Source: a virus
IMG/VR virus record: IMGVR_UViG_3300023174_000121
Coordinates: 1-64,000 of that record
Length of the DNA stretch: 64,000 nucleotides
Reading direction: 5' to 3' (one strand)
Every line of letters starts with the position of its first letter. The stretch's first letter is position 1. The notes beneath the pieces are model-generated. The model ran no database searches, was not told the DNA's origin, and worked only from the letters and a program-made list of their open reading frames with translations. Shown here piece after piece: positions 39,934 to 48,203 of the stretch. A program made the position numbers and the translations under genes.

Positions 39934-40127
39934 TCTTCCTCCGAGATATCAATATCAAAGTGTATAGCAATGCGTTCAGCATCACCATCAGTAAAGCATT
40001 GGTCAATACATTCACTGACAATCAACCGGGCGAATCGTTCAATAAATTCTTCTTGCGTATCCCACTTATCATCGGAATCTTCTCTAGCAGCCTTTAACCA
40101 ACATTCTCTAATTTGTTTGTTCATCAT
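39930..40127 (-). CDS. FAELIV paralog family protein
   Basis: MNKQIRE...FARLIVSECI...IHFD. Confidence 0.65.
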   Translation of the reverse strand: MMNKQIRECWLKAAREDSDDKWDTQEEFIERFARLIVSECIDQCFTDGDAERIAIHFDIDISEEE

Positions 40128-40504
40128 TAAGTCCTTACAGCCCGAGCCCGAGCCTCTAATACATTTTCAATATTGCCTTTAACAATCACATTGGTATAGG
40201 TATCTACACAACCGCTGGCATGATCTACCACACGATTATCAGGTTCATGATAAGTTCTAATGCGTTCATTACCGGCAAGAAATCTTTCTTTGTCTTTGTG
40301 GAAATGCTGTTGAATTCGTGCCATACACACAGCCATAGCATTGCGTTTATTATCTTCACGACTGCGACTGTTAGTACCATTAGCACTGATGCCAGTAGGT
40401 TCGTGAATACAGCGGCAACAATTTTGGTGTTTATTCCTATGTTGGCCTCCTTTACCCGTACCACTGAACCATTCAAACCTAAATTGATCCTCGGTGATTT
40501 TCAT
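40127..40504 (-). CDS. Truncated class I peptide release factor homolog (GGQ peptidyl-tRNA hydrolase domain)
   Basis: SGTGKGGQHRNK...IHEPTGI...RSREDNK and ERIRTYHEPDNRVVDH; no codon-recognition domain. Confidence 0.88.
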   Translation of the reverse strand: MKITEDQFRFEWFSGTGKGGQHRNKHQNCCRCIHEPTGISANGTNSRSREDNKRNAMAVCMARIQQHFHKDKERFLAGNERIRTYHEPDNRVVDHASGCVDTYTNVIVKGNIENVLEARARAVRT

Positions 40505-40797
40505 TATTCAATCCCAAAGTGTTGTTTAATCATTCTTGCAATTCCACCATCTTGTAGAGGGTCACCAGAGTCACCGACTTCTGCACATTCACTGACAATC
40601 AACTCAGCGAACTTTTCTAATTCATCGTAGCCTACAGTAGTAGCAGGTTTATTGCCAAACCGAAAACACTCTGCTCTAGCCTGCGCTAAAAGTTGTTCAA
40701 TTCGTTCGTTCATCATTCGTCCTTTATGTACAACAGTGGCGGAATCGTGAATGGCATCAACCAGTATTTTATGTTCGTCTGATGTAAGTTCATTCAT
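40504..40797 (-). CDS. MNERIKEL/FAELIV paralog family protein
   Basis: MNERIEQL...FAELIVSECA...IKQHFGIE. Confidence 0.7.
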   Translation of the reverse strand: MNELTSDEHKILVDAIHDSATVVHKGRMMNERIEQLLAQARAECFRFGNKPATTVGYDELEKFAELIVSECAEVGDSGDPLQDGGIARMIKQHFGIE

Positions 40798-41018
40798 TTA
40801 ATTTGTTCCCATGTCAATCGAAATGCTTTGTAACAGAGCCATCGTTGGAATCGATTAGGTGGATTCTCAAGATATACATTGTAATGGATATTGTTTTTGA
40901 TGCTATCGCCGAAATAGAATTTCCAATTTGGTTCTGGTGGAAGTTCAAATCTGTGAGTTTTGATACCCGTAGGTTGTATTTTACTCAAATCAACAATTAC
41001 ATCATTTTCTTTATCCAT
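40794..41018 (-). CDS. Hypothetical protein
   Basis: Coupled ORF with PNRFQRW motif. Confidence 0.6.
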   Translation of the reverse strand: MDKENDVIVDLSKIQPTGIKTHRFELPPEPNWKFYFGDSIKNNIHYNVYLENPPNRFQRWLCYKAFRLTWEQIK

Positions 41019-41021
41019 GAT

Positions 41022-41378
41022 TCAATCCCACTTGATCTTAGAATTAACACGTTCGTATAGTTCGACTAGTTGATCCAATGTCCAAACATCATCAGTTTCA
41101 AATGTTTCAAGCCAATTACCAAATCTAGCCCAATCCTCACTCTGCATAGGAGGTACACCTATTTCCTCACCATGCGGATCGTCAGTTCCTCTTACATCAA
41201 TTCTACCACAACTATAATGTGTGGTAATTTCTTTAGACTCATATTGATCACCAGCCTTAAGTCCACTAAAAGTAGAGTCCTCCTCCAGTGTGATCATTTT
41301 AGTTTCAACAAGGCCACGTTGTTCATACCAATTCATACTAACTGGACCCATCCAATTAGTGCTATATCTGATTTTCAT
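41022..41378 (-). CDS. Hypothetical protein
   Basis: MKIRYSTNWMGP..., coupled ORF. Confidence 0.65.
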   Translation of the reverse strand: MKIRYSTNWMGPVSMNWYEQRGLVETKMITLEEDSTFSGLKAGDQYESKEITTHYSCGRIDVRGTDDPHGEEIGVPPMQSEDWARFGNWLETFETDDVWTLDQLVELYERVNSKIKWD

Positions 41379-41478
41379 TCTTCAACTTCTACTGATTTAC
41401 ATTTGTGAAATGGCATAATTCGACCAAACCATCCAACGAGTTCACCGCAATTTTGGCAACAGTATGATGGATATTTCT

Positions 41479-41658
41479 TCATTCTTCAACTCCAAAATGT
41501 TGTTTGACCGAGCCGGGCGTAATCCAGGCGTTTTGTGGATCCATATTATCCTCAACTAGTTGGGCAAATTCCCGGACCAGCAACTCGGCAAACTTGAAAT
41601 CATCATAGTGTGCTGAGCCATATACTTGTTCAGCAAGTTCTTTAATTCGTTCGTTCAT
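41479..41658 (-). CDS. MNERIKEL/FAELIV paralog (not in the ORF track)
   Basis: MNERIKELAEQVY...FAELLVREF...VKQHFGVEE*, 59 aa. Confidence 0.7.
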   Translation of the reverse strand: MNERIKELAEQVYGSAHYDDFKFAELLVREFAQLVEDNMDPQNAWITPGSVKQHFGVEE

Positions 41659-41816
41659 TCTTTATACACCAATGATTTCGATTTGTTCTGAGTTTCGGGA
41701 CATACAAAATACATAATGTCCCGACCAATATAATCCTCTTCAACATCAAGGAATTCTACGTCTTTGACCGAATGCTTATTCTGACATTCAGCACAATGGA
41801 CATAAAAATTAGTCAT
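41655..41816 (-). CDS. Small Cys-containing hypothetical protein
   Basis: MTNFYVHCAEC...FVCP. Confidence 0.55.
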   Translation of the reverse strand: MTNFYVHCAECQNKHSVKDVEFLDVEEDYIGRDIMYFVCPETQNKSKSLVYKE

Positions 41817-42225
41817 GTCGTTTGCCCGAAAAGTAACCGTAATTGACGCCGAGATTATATTCCAAATACTCGATGTCGCCGTTTGTTTCGTAAGCCTCAT
41901 GCAGCCAACGAATCGCCATCTCACGATTTCGACAACCACAATCCATCATCTTATAGATGGTTTCCTCTAGCCGCTGACCTGCTCGGATTTCATCTTCGAT
42001 TCTATCATCTTCCTCGCGCTTGATGACCATAGCGAGGTACTTCAGCTCAGCTTCAAGCTGCGCCTCTGTCATCTTTGAAGTGTCCACGTGCCTAGGGCGA
42101 AAACCATGTGCATCTTTGTATGCATCCCAGAAGGTGCATGACAATTGCTCATGGCGTGACAGTTCTTCCCACGGAGTGTACTTGTATTCCATTACAGCAT
42201 CGACGGTTTGATTAGCTTGGGTCAT
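41809..42225 (-). CDS. Conserved phage hypothetical protein
   Basis: WDAYKDAHGFRPRH motif; AAGGA RBS. Confidence 0.75.
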   Translation of the reverse strand: MTQANQTVDAVMEYKYTPWEELSRHEQLSCTFWDAYKDAHGFRPRHVDTSKMTEAQLEAELKYLAMVIKREEDDRIEDEIRAGQRLEETIYKMMDCGCRNREMAIRWLHEAYETNGDIEYLEYNLGVNYGYFSGKRHD

Positions 42226-42590
42226 TTTGATTTCCTTAAAGATTAGCCGAGAGTTTTCAAATACAACATTAACTAGTCGAACCTGCTTTTGATAGACCAG
42301 CATTTCGAAGATTGGTTGCTTGCCTACCAATGTTAGCAATAGTATACTTCATTGCTGGAAATGTTTGATTCCGCTTAGGAGTCTTTGGTTTAAATACGGT
42401 GACAAGAATGCCTTCTTCTGTCATGTACTGATGATCAATTAGTTTTGTCATTGCCCATCTCCCAAGAGGAATTCTAGCATATCCAAATCGTATTCGTAAA
42501 ATTCTTCTAGCATTTCGTAGAACTCTTCGCCGATTTGGCTGACATATGCATTAAACACTTTTTTCTCCAGTTTCTCTCACCACAAGATCC

Positions 42591-42648
42591 ATTGTACGCT
42601 GATCTCCAGAAAAGTCAAGGCTTTTCTTGGTGTTGCGCTGACGCAACA
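42591..42648 (-). promoter_or_regulatory. Early promoter with upstream palindrome
   Basis: TTGACT-16-TACAAT; TGTTGCGCTGACGCAACA at 42631-42648. Confidence 0.75.
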
Positions 42649-42971
42649 AAATCGTCGGTGTCGGCGTCATCCCAGTGGTTTTCACACCAAGTTCGGTCAA
42701 GACCGTAGCTGACGCAATCGCGAACGTATTGGGCTTTTAGTGGATCAATTTTAGCAATTACTTGTTGCACAATTGACGTTTGAATTGGAATTTCTAATTG
42801 CTGTTGTCTTTGCTTTTCGTGTTCAAAGTATGCACCCAATCCGCAAAAGATTACAACAAATCCAATCGCACCAATTAAAACAATTCTCCAGCAATAATAT
42901 AACAAAAGTCCAACTATTGCTGATGCAAAAATGATTTCCACATTAATTCCTATTGGAGATATGGCTCGCAA
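42615..42971 (-). CDS. Membrane protein
   Basis: Two N-terminal hydrophobic segments and a C-terminal Cys pair. Confidence 0.6.
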   Translation of the reverse strand: MRAISPIGINVEIIFASAIVGLLLYYCWRIVLIGAIGFVVIFCGLGAYFEHEKQRQQQLEIPIQTSIVQQVIAKIDPLKAQYVRDCVSYGLDRTWCENHWDDADTDDFVASAQHQEKP

Positions 42972-43267
42972 TGCACATTAACTGGTACCATAACTTTAGA
43001 TCCAGTATCAGTTCGAACTGAAATGTATTCTACATTAGGACGCATCTTTGCAAATAAACATTGTTTTGCTGCTTGAATTGCTTCATTACGATCCATTGCA
43101 TCTGGACCATTGTAATTATTTAGTTTGTATACTGGATTTACAATTGCAGCAACCTTTTGTGGTTCATTTCGCCCAATTGAATTGCCAATTTTAGATGAAG
43201 TCTCAAAGGTTGAAGCACAGCCAGTAAGTAGCGACACAACTAGAGTAGACGCGATCAATTTCCTCAT
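42950..43267 (-). CDS. Lipoprotein
   Basis: MRKLIASTLVVSLLTGC lipobox; AAGGAG RBS. Confidence 0.8.
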   Translation of the reverse strand: MRKLIASTLVVSLLTGCASTFETSSKIGNSIGRNEPQKVAAIVNPVYKLNNYNGPDAMDRNEAIQAAKQCLFAKMRPNVEYISVRTDTGSKVMVPVNVHCEPYLQ

Positions 43268-43301
43268 TTCGAACTCCTTTTCGGGTTTATTTGATTCTAC
43301 T

Positions 43302-43364
43302 ATTGTCTAACAAATTTCCAGGAAAGTCAAGGACTATTCCACGTTTTGTTGTGTAAAAACAACA
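43302..43364 (-). promoter_or_regulatory. Early promoter with upstream palindrome
   Basis: TTGACT-17-GACAAT; TGTTGTGTAAAAACAACA at 43347-43364. Confidence 0.6.
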
Positions 43365-43458
43365 AAAACCAGCTCTATAGGACGCTCTATAGGCTGGTTT
43401 CGGCTCATAGGTGAGGGGTAAGTAAGGGGTCTGTTCTAAAACGCTCCTATGGCGCGTC

Positions 43459-43890
43459 CTAGGACTGGTCCATCGTGCGCCATTCGTCCGCCATTTTGTT
43501 AATCGCCAGCGGATCGTATGCATATGAGGTTGTGGATCCAGCCAGAAAAGAATCGTGCCCATGCAAATCTGCAGTTGTCAATGCACTAAAGTTTGTTGTA
43601 TTCAATGCAGGAATTGGATCTTGAGGTTTCATAAAACTTTGTTGAAATCCTGCTGTAACAAATGTATTGTTATCTTCATCGCGAACTGCATTCCAAACTG
43701 TATTTAAAGATTCATTTAATGAATCAGAAGCATCTACGATAGTTTGCTCCAAAGAATATAATACTGATTTGATAACTTTCAATTCAACATCACTTTCAAG
43801 TCCAGCAATAACAAGTTTAAAAATATTCTTAAAATCTTCGACTTTATGAATACTTTCTTCAAGACTACTTAATTCATCATAGTGTTTCAT
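43459..43890 (-). CDS. Hypothetical coiled-coil protein
   Basis: AAGGAG RBS before MKHYDELSS. Confidence 0.65.
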   Translation of the reverse strand: MKHYDELSSLEESIHKVEDFKNIFKLVIAGLESDVELKVIKSVLYSLEQTIVDASDSLNESLNTVWNAVRDEDNNTFVTAGFQQSFMKPQDPIPALNTTNFSALTTADLHGHDSFLAGSTTSYAYDPLAINKMADEWRTMDQS

Positions 43891-43903
43891 AGCAAACTCC
43901 TTT

Positions 43904-44176
43904 TTAATCATCATCGCCAATTGCATAAGTCACATCATATCCACCTTTACGATCTGTCCAACAATCGTCGTATGTCCATTCCCATCCAAGATCGAAGCCA
44001 TTGTCTTCTGCGTAATCAATAACATCGATAGGATCAAGTGTTCCATCTTCAAATGCTTTCAAATGCAATTCCATTTCATCTTCATCATCCGAATAAACGT
44101 CACGAATCAAATCTTCTGTAATTTCGATTTCATATTGTTTTTCGACTTGATGCCATTCTGATTTAATCACTTTCAT
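43904..44176 (-). CDS. Hypothetical acidic protein
   Basis: KSEWHQVEK...WTDRKGGYDVTY. Confidence 0.7.
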   Translation of the reverse strand: MKVIKSEWHQVEKQYEIEITEDLIRDVYSDDEDEMELHLKAFEDGTLDPIDVIDYAEDNGFDLGWEWTYDDCWTDRKGGYDVTYAIGDDD

Positions 44177-44188
44177 AATGAACTCCTT

Positions 44189-44665
44189 TTAAGCTAATTT
44201 CAAACTTTTCAATCTATCAGCAGCGTAAGAAGCAGCAAATGCTTTGGGCTTTATCATCGGAATCACATTGCATGTTCCTTTTATAAATCCAATCGCTTCA
44301 TTTATAACGCAAAAACTTCCATGCAAATCACTTGGATTAATATCCAAATGCACTTCTACATATCTATCTTCCAACACATCAGCAAGTTTTAAATATAACT
44401 CAGAAACTTTATAAACTTCATTCATTAAACGATATCTAGGTTTAGAAACTTTCTGATCGAAATCTCGTTCTCTTTGCACTTCACCAAATAGTTTGCATCC
44501 ATGCTTACCATCTAGATGAATCACAATAGCAAGAATGTAATCCGCGTGCCATACTCCATTTACGTTAACTCTTTCAGAATCACAACCAACATAGATTTTT
44601 GTTTCTTCAGATTGATTTAAAATAAATTCTTTGACTTCTTCTATATTGAGTTTATGATGATACAT
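44189..44665 (-). CDS. RNase H-like YkuK (DUF458) family protein
   Basis: KIYVGCDS, RLMNEV, EVHLDIN, KPKAFAASYAAD. Confidence 0.85.
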   Translation of the reverse strand: MYHHKLNIEEVKEFILNQSEETKIYVGCDSERVNVNGVWHADYILAIVIHLDGKHGCKLFGEVQRERDFDQKVSKPRYRLMNEVYKVSELYLKLADVLEDRYVEVHLDINPSDLHGSFCVINEAIGFIKGTCNVIPMIKPKAFAASYAADRLKSLKLA

Positions 44666-44679
44666 TTTTCTTTTTAAAT

Positions 44680-44754
44680 TGGTGGGCCCACTAGGAATTG
44701 AACCTAGACTCAATCGATTATGAGTCGAACGCTTTACCATTAAGCTATAGGCCC
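44680..44754 (-). tRNA. tRNA-Ile2/Met (CAT)
   Basis: GGGCCTA...CTCATAA...GGGCCCACCA; acceptor resembles Ile2; own TTGACA-17-TATAGT promoter at 44767-44795. Confidence 0.9.
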
Positions 44755-44803
44755 GTGAAATTTATTACTATAACACTAAATTTATTTAATGTCAATGTAA
44801 TTT

Positions 44804-44886
44804 TGGTGGGGCTGGAGAGACTCGAACTCTCAAGCCGAAGCGTCTGGGCTTAAACCAGATGTGTTTGCCAATTTCACCACAGCCCC
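44804..44886 (-). tRNA. tRNA-Leu (TAA)
   Basis: GGGGCTG...TCTGG-TTTAAGC-CCAGA, long variable arm, CCA end. Confidence 0.92.
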
Positions 44887-45510
44887 ATGTAATAATTCGT
44901 TAGCCCTACTATAATTAGCTCCTTTTGGCGTCAATCCAAGTTTTAACAATGCTTGTCTAATATTTTTAGTTGTATTTAATGCTTGCAAAAAATCATCATC
45001 AGAAACATATTGATCTTTTCTTTTATGTATGTTTTTCCCTTTCCAAGTTTCGGTAAATGAATGACAGTTAGGACATAATAGTTTCAAATTCTCCTTAACA
45101 TTATTTTGATTATTCCCGTCTATATGTTCCAATTCTAATGTTATAGGTTTATCCAGCCATTTAGATAAACCACAATTTTCACAATTATGCCCACGTTCAT
45201 TAATCAAAAATCCTTTATGATTTCCCAATTTACCATATTCGAATTTTGTATTTAAAAATTTATTTTTACTCCAAGCCATTCTTTTTTTAGTCTCTTCTGG
45301 TAGATTTTTATATCTCTCTGATCCAGAAATTCTTAAACCATTTTCATATACTTTTTTTGTCGATTCTCTATTTTTAGATTTTATGGCTGGACAAGATTGT
45401 GATCTTTGTAAACACATTAAATTTCCCGAACCATTTTTATATGTGGCTACATTCCCACATCCATACGAGCATAAATCAGTAGTAATTATTGGATTTGCTA
45501 TAAGTTTCAT
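44830..45510 (-). CDS. HNH homing endonuclease whose ORF reads into tRNA-Leu
   Basis: CENCG...LELEHIDGNNQNNVKENLKLLCPNCHS; N-terminal CSYGCG; CAGGAG RBS; stop codon lies inside the tRNA. Confidence 0.9.
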   Translation of the reverse strand: MKLIANPIITTDLCSYGCGNVATYKNGSGNLMCLQRSQSCPAIKSKNRESTKKVYENGLRISGSERYKNLPEETKKRMAWSKNKFLNTKFEYGKLGNHKGFLINERGHNCENCGLSKWLDKPITLELEHIDGNNQNNVKENLKLLCPNCHSFTETWKGKNIHKRKDQYVSDDDFLQALNTTKNIRQALLKLGLTPKGANYSRANELLHGAVVKLANTSGLSPDASA

Positions 45511-45527
45511 AAAGCGACTCCTGTTAA

Positions 45528-45568
45528 AACGGTATACTTTATTTATAAAAAAACAAATGTATACCGTT
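45528..45568 (-). promoter_or_regulatory. Late promoter TATAAATA inside a 10-bp inverted repeat
   Basis: AACGGTATAC...TATAAATA...GTATACCGTT. Confidence 0.75.
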
Positions 45569-45581
45569 CCACCACTCTCGC
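45558..45581 (-). pseudogene. 5' remnant of a tRNA-Leu-like gene
   Basis: GCGAGAGTGGTGGAACGGTATACA is an acceptor 5' strand plus D arm, then abruptly truncated. Confidence 0.6.
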
Positions 45582-45590
45582 ATTTTTGTA

Positions 45591-46085
45591 TCATATCACA
45601 ATGTTTCCGTCGTTGTCAACTTCAATCCAAGTAGAGTCGCCCATGTAGCGAACTCTGCTTATGTATTCGTAATGTTCTGGTGCACCACAAGCCCAATCAC
45701 TTGGACCATTGATGGTTAATCCAATGACGTTTGTTTGTTTGTTTAAGAATAGCCAATAGCATTGACCATGAAAGACTTGAAAGCTGTATTCAGCAGAATG
45801 TACTGCATCAGTAATATACAATCGACGTTTGATTTGTTCTGCTTGCTTTTGAAGCACGTTGACCATTTCCATGATTCGATCATATTCTTGTTGGGCATGC
45901 ATTCTCGCAACATTAAGCATTAAATCTTTCTGCTGCTTTACTGGAACTAACTCAAACTTTGGTGCACCTGCTTCTGTTGGATACTCTGTGATATTTCTAT
46001 TCAAGAAGGTGACAAGACTATCTCCAATTTTACTATCAAAACTAGTTCTACCTTTGGATATATTAGACTTGTCACCCATTATCAC
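45591..46085 (-). CDS. DUF2452-like protein
   Basis: YPTEAGAPKFELVPV...AQQEYDRI...W. Confidence 0.7.
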   Translation of the reverse strand: MIMGDKSNISKGRTSFDSKIGDSLVTFLNRNITEYPTEAGAPKFELVPVKQQKDLMLNVARMHAQQEYDRIMEMVNVLQKQAEQIKRRLYITDAVHSAEYSFQVFHGQCYWLFLNKQTNVIGLTINGPSDWACGAPEHYEYISRVRYMGDSTWIEVDNDGNIVI

Positions 46086-46219
46086 TCTTGTTCTAGGGGA
46101 ACGTATTCGTCTTTATGACAACCGCAACTAGGGCAAAGATAAAACATTGGCAAGTCTTCAAACTTACCATCAACTTCTTCATCATGAATATGGTTACACA
46201 CTTGACATTCGTATTTCAT
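46082..46219 (-). CDS. Rubredoxin
   Basis: MKYECQVCNHIHDEEVDGKFEDLPMFYLCPSCGCHKDEY (two CxxC); AGGAG RBS; not in the ORF track. Confidence 0.85.
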   Translation of the reverse strand: MKYECQVCNHIHDEEVDGKFEDLPMFYLCPSCGCHKDEYVPLEQE

Positions 46220-46243
46220 AAAAAAACTCCTAAAAAAATAAAG

Positions 46244-46319
46244 TGGCGCGGCTGGAGAGATTCGAACTCCCGACAGACCGGGTAGAAGCCGGTTACTCTA
46301 TCCACTGAGTTACAGCCGC
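46244..46319 (-). tRNA. tRNA-Arg (TCT)
   Basis: Cloverleaf with ACCGG-CTTCTAC-CCGGT and CCA. Confidence 0.92.
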
Positions 46320-46341
46320 ATTGTGAAAACATTATATAACA

Positions 46342-46992
46342 CTAATTCCTGGAAATCAAGTCATCCACGAACTCTATCAATAACTGATGATGTTTGTAGT
46401 CATGCCATTTGGATTCTAAATATTGCCAAGGCTCTTCGTACCAATATTTCATACTTTCTGGATGACAACCAATTAAGCCAACTCGCCGTTGTATGATTGC
46501 CATCGGATCTCCATTTGCATACCTAGCAATAACATCAAATTTTGATTCGTCGCCTATGATAGCACATCCATCATAGAAAAACATATCTTGTTCAGAACCT
46601 TTCCAATTCACTTTTGCTATAGTAGCATATGATCGCTTTATCTCAGCATTGTCTCGTTTGATATATTGCACAACATCCATATCATTCACTATGTCAAAAT
46701 ATCTTGGAGCTGCCCAATACGCACCCATGCATATGCCTAGATAACGTCCACCCCAGAATACATAATCTGCAACTTTGTTTGCAACTTTTCTTTTGAAAAG
46801 ATGATGATAAGAATTACTGTCGCCAATTCCACCAGGGAATATTACGCAATAGAATTGATTTAGATTTAATTCGCCAGCTAATTCGTTTATGTCAAATACT
46901 TGAACTTCATACTTTGAAGATAGTATTGCTGAGATTGCGACACAGCAATCTTGAGAACACTCTGGATGATTAATGAATAGTCCGACTTTCAT
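46342..46992 (-). CDS. BPL_N / class I glutamine-amidotransferase-like protein
   Basis: FPGGIGD, GGRYLGICMGAYWA, GCHPE. Confidence 0.8.
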   Translation of the reverse strand: MKVGLFINHPECSQDCCVAISAILSSKYEVQVFDINELAGELNLNQFYCVIFPGGIGDSNSYHHLFKRKVANKVADYVFWGGRYLGICMGAYWAAPRYFDIVNDMDVVQYIKRDNAEIKRSYATIAKVNWKGSEQDMFFYDGCAIIGDESKFDVIARYANGDPMAIIQRRVGLIGCHPESMKYWYEEPWQYLESKWHDYKHHQLLIEFVDDLISRN

Positions 46993-47065
46993 GGAGCGGG
47001 ATATCGGAATCGAACCGATGACCGAAGATTGGAAATCTGCTGTTTTGCCATTAAACTAATCCCGC
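46992..47065 (-). tRNA. tRNA-Gly (TCC)
   Basis: GCGGGAT...TTTCCAA...ATCCCGCTCCA. Confidence 0.92.
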
Positions 47066-47072
47066 ATTCACT

Positions 47073-47468
47073 TTATGCAATAAGTCTTTTCTGCTTCACT
47101 TTCTCTGCTGTTTCTTTTAATACAACTTTTAAATTTTCAACGTTTTTTAAAATCTCTGCTGCATCTTCCCGGACATTTGGATTGAATGCTTTAAAATTAT
47201 CTCCATGACCAATCAATAGATGACAATCATTGTCCATGCATAGGGTGATTAGATTGCTTTCTTCCAATTCTAATTCTGGATGCAAATGAAATGGCTGAAC
47301 GTGATGTACATTTAAATGCTCTTTAGAACCACACGCTGCACAAGACGGATGCTTTTTAATAAATTTATGTTGAACAGTAGGCCAATGTGGACTTCTTTCT
47401 TGCGTGATTCCTTTGTCTTTATTGTCTAATTTCTTTTGACTCTTTTTTCTCCGCGCGGTTGTTGTCAT
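47073..47468 (-). CDS. HNH endonuclease
   Basis: CAACG...LNVHHVQPF...NLITLC...CHLLIGH. Confidence 0.85.
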   Translation of the reverse strand: MTTTARRKKSQKKLDNKDKGITQERSPHWPTVQHKFIKKHPSCAACGSKEHLNVHHVQPFHLHPELELEESNLITLCMDNDCHLLIGHGDNFKAFNPNVREDAAEILKNVENLKVVLKETAEKVKQKRLIA

Positions 47469-47492
47469 TTTTATTATCCTTTTTTAATTGTA

Positions 47493-47563
47493 TGCCCCTT
47501 GACAGAATCGAACTGCCAATTGATGATTACAAATCAACTGTTATACCATTTAACTAAAAGGGC
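47493..47563 (-). tRNA. tRNA-Thr (TGT), CCA not encoded
   Basis: GCCCTTT...TTTGTAA...AGGGGCA. Confidence 0.85.
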
Positions 47564-47583
47564 TTCGAAAACACACACATTGT

Positions 47584-47658
47584 TGGCTCCCCGACCTGGG
47601 ATCGAACCAGGGACCGACGGATTAACAGTCCGGCGCTCTACCGCTGAGCTATCAGGGA
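47584..47658 (-). tRNA. tRNA-Asn (GTT)
   Basis: Cloverleaf with CTGTTAA loop and CCA. Confidence 0.93.
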
Positions 47659-47691
47659 ATGTATAGTATATAGCATTAAAAAAGAACAATT

Positions 47692-47779
47692 TGGCGGATA
47701 GTATAGGATTCGAACCTATGCGCCGATTTCTCAGCGACAGTTTAGCAAACTGCTCCTTTAACCACTCAGGCAACTATCC
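47692..47779 (-). tRNA. tRNA-Ser (GCT)
   Basis: Long variable arm, TTGCTAA loop, GCCA. Confidence 0.93.
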
Positions 47780-47784
47780 TCGTC

Positions 47785-47874
47785 TGGCGGAAGCGGTGAG
47801 ATTCGAACTCACGGAGCCTTTGCAGACTCTTCAGTTTTCAAGACTGACGGATTAAACCACTCTCCCACGCTTCC
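47785..47874 (-). tRNA. tRNA-Ser (TGA)
   Basis: Long variable arm, CTTGAAA loop, GCCA. Confidence 0.93.
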
Positions 47875-47880
47875 TGAAAT

Positions 47881-47957
47881 TGGTTGGTCTACCCGGATTC
47901 GAACCGGGAACTCTCAGATTAAAAGTCTGATAATCTGACCAATTGAGTTATAGACCA
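47881..47957 (-). tRNA. tRNA-Lys (TTT)
   Basis: CTTTTAA loop, ACCA. Confidence 0.9.
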
Positions 47958-47962
47958 GTTGT

Positions 47963-48039
47963 TGGTGCCTCCACCTGGATTTGAACCAGGGACTTCCACC
48001 TTATCAAGATGGCACTCTGACCAACTGAGTTATAGAGGC
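47963..48039 (-). tRNA. tRNA-Ile (GAT)
   Basis: TTGATAA loop, ACCA. Confidence 0.9.
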
Positions 48040-48042
48040 AAT

Positions 48043-48117
48043 TGGCGGTCCCAGCGAGAATCGAACTCGCCTCTACGGCGTGACAAGCCGTTATACTAAC
48101 CGATATACTATGGAACC
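48043..48117 (-). tRNA. tRNA-Asp (GTC)
   Basis: TTGTCAC loop, GCCA. Confidence 0.92.
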
Positions 48118-48122
48118 AATTA

Positions 48123-48197
48123 TGGTGGATCGTGACAGGATCGAACTGCCGACATTCGCCGTGTAAAGGCGCTACTCTACCTCTGAGTTAACGATCC
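48123..48197 (-). tRNA. tRNA-Val (TAC)
   Basis: TTTACAC loop, ACCA. Confidence 0.92.
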
Positions 48198-48203
48198 AAA
48201 ATT

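Noticed and set aside
44666-44740. ORF-track N-terminal extensions of the YkuK gene (and of the HNH to 45594)
   Set aside because: They run through tRNA or promoter sequence; downstream ATGs fit better.
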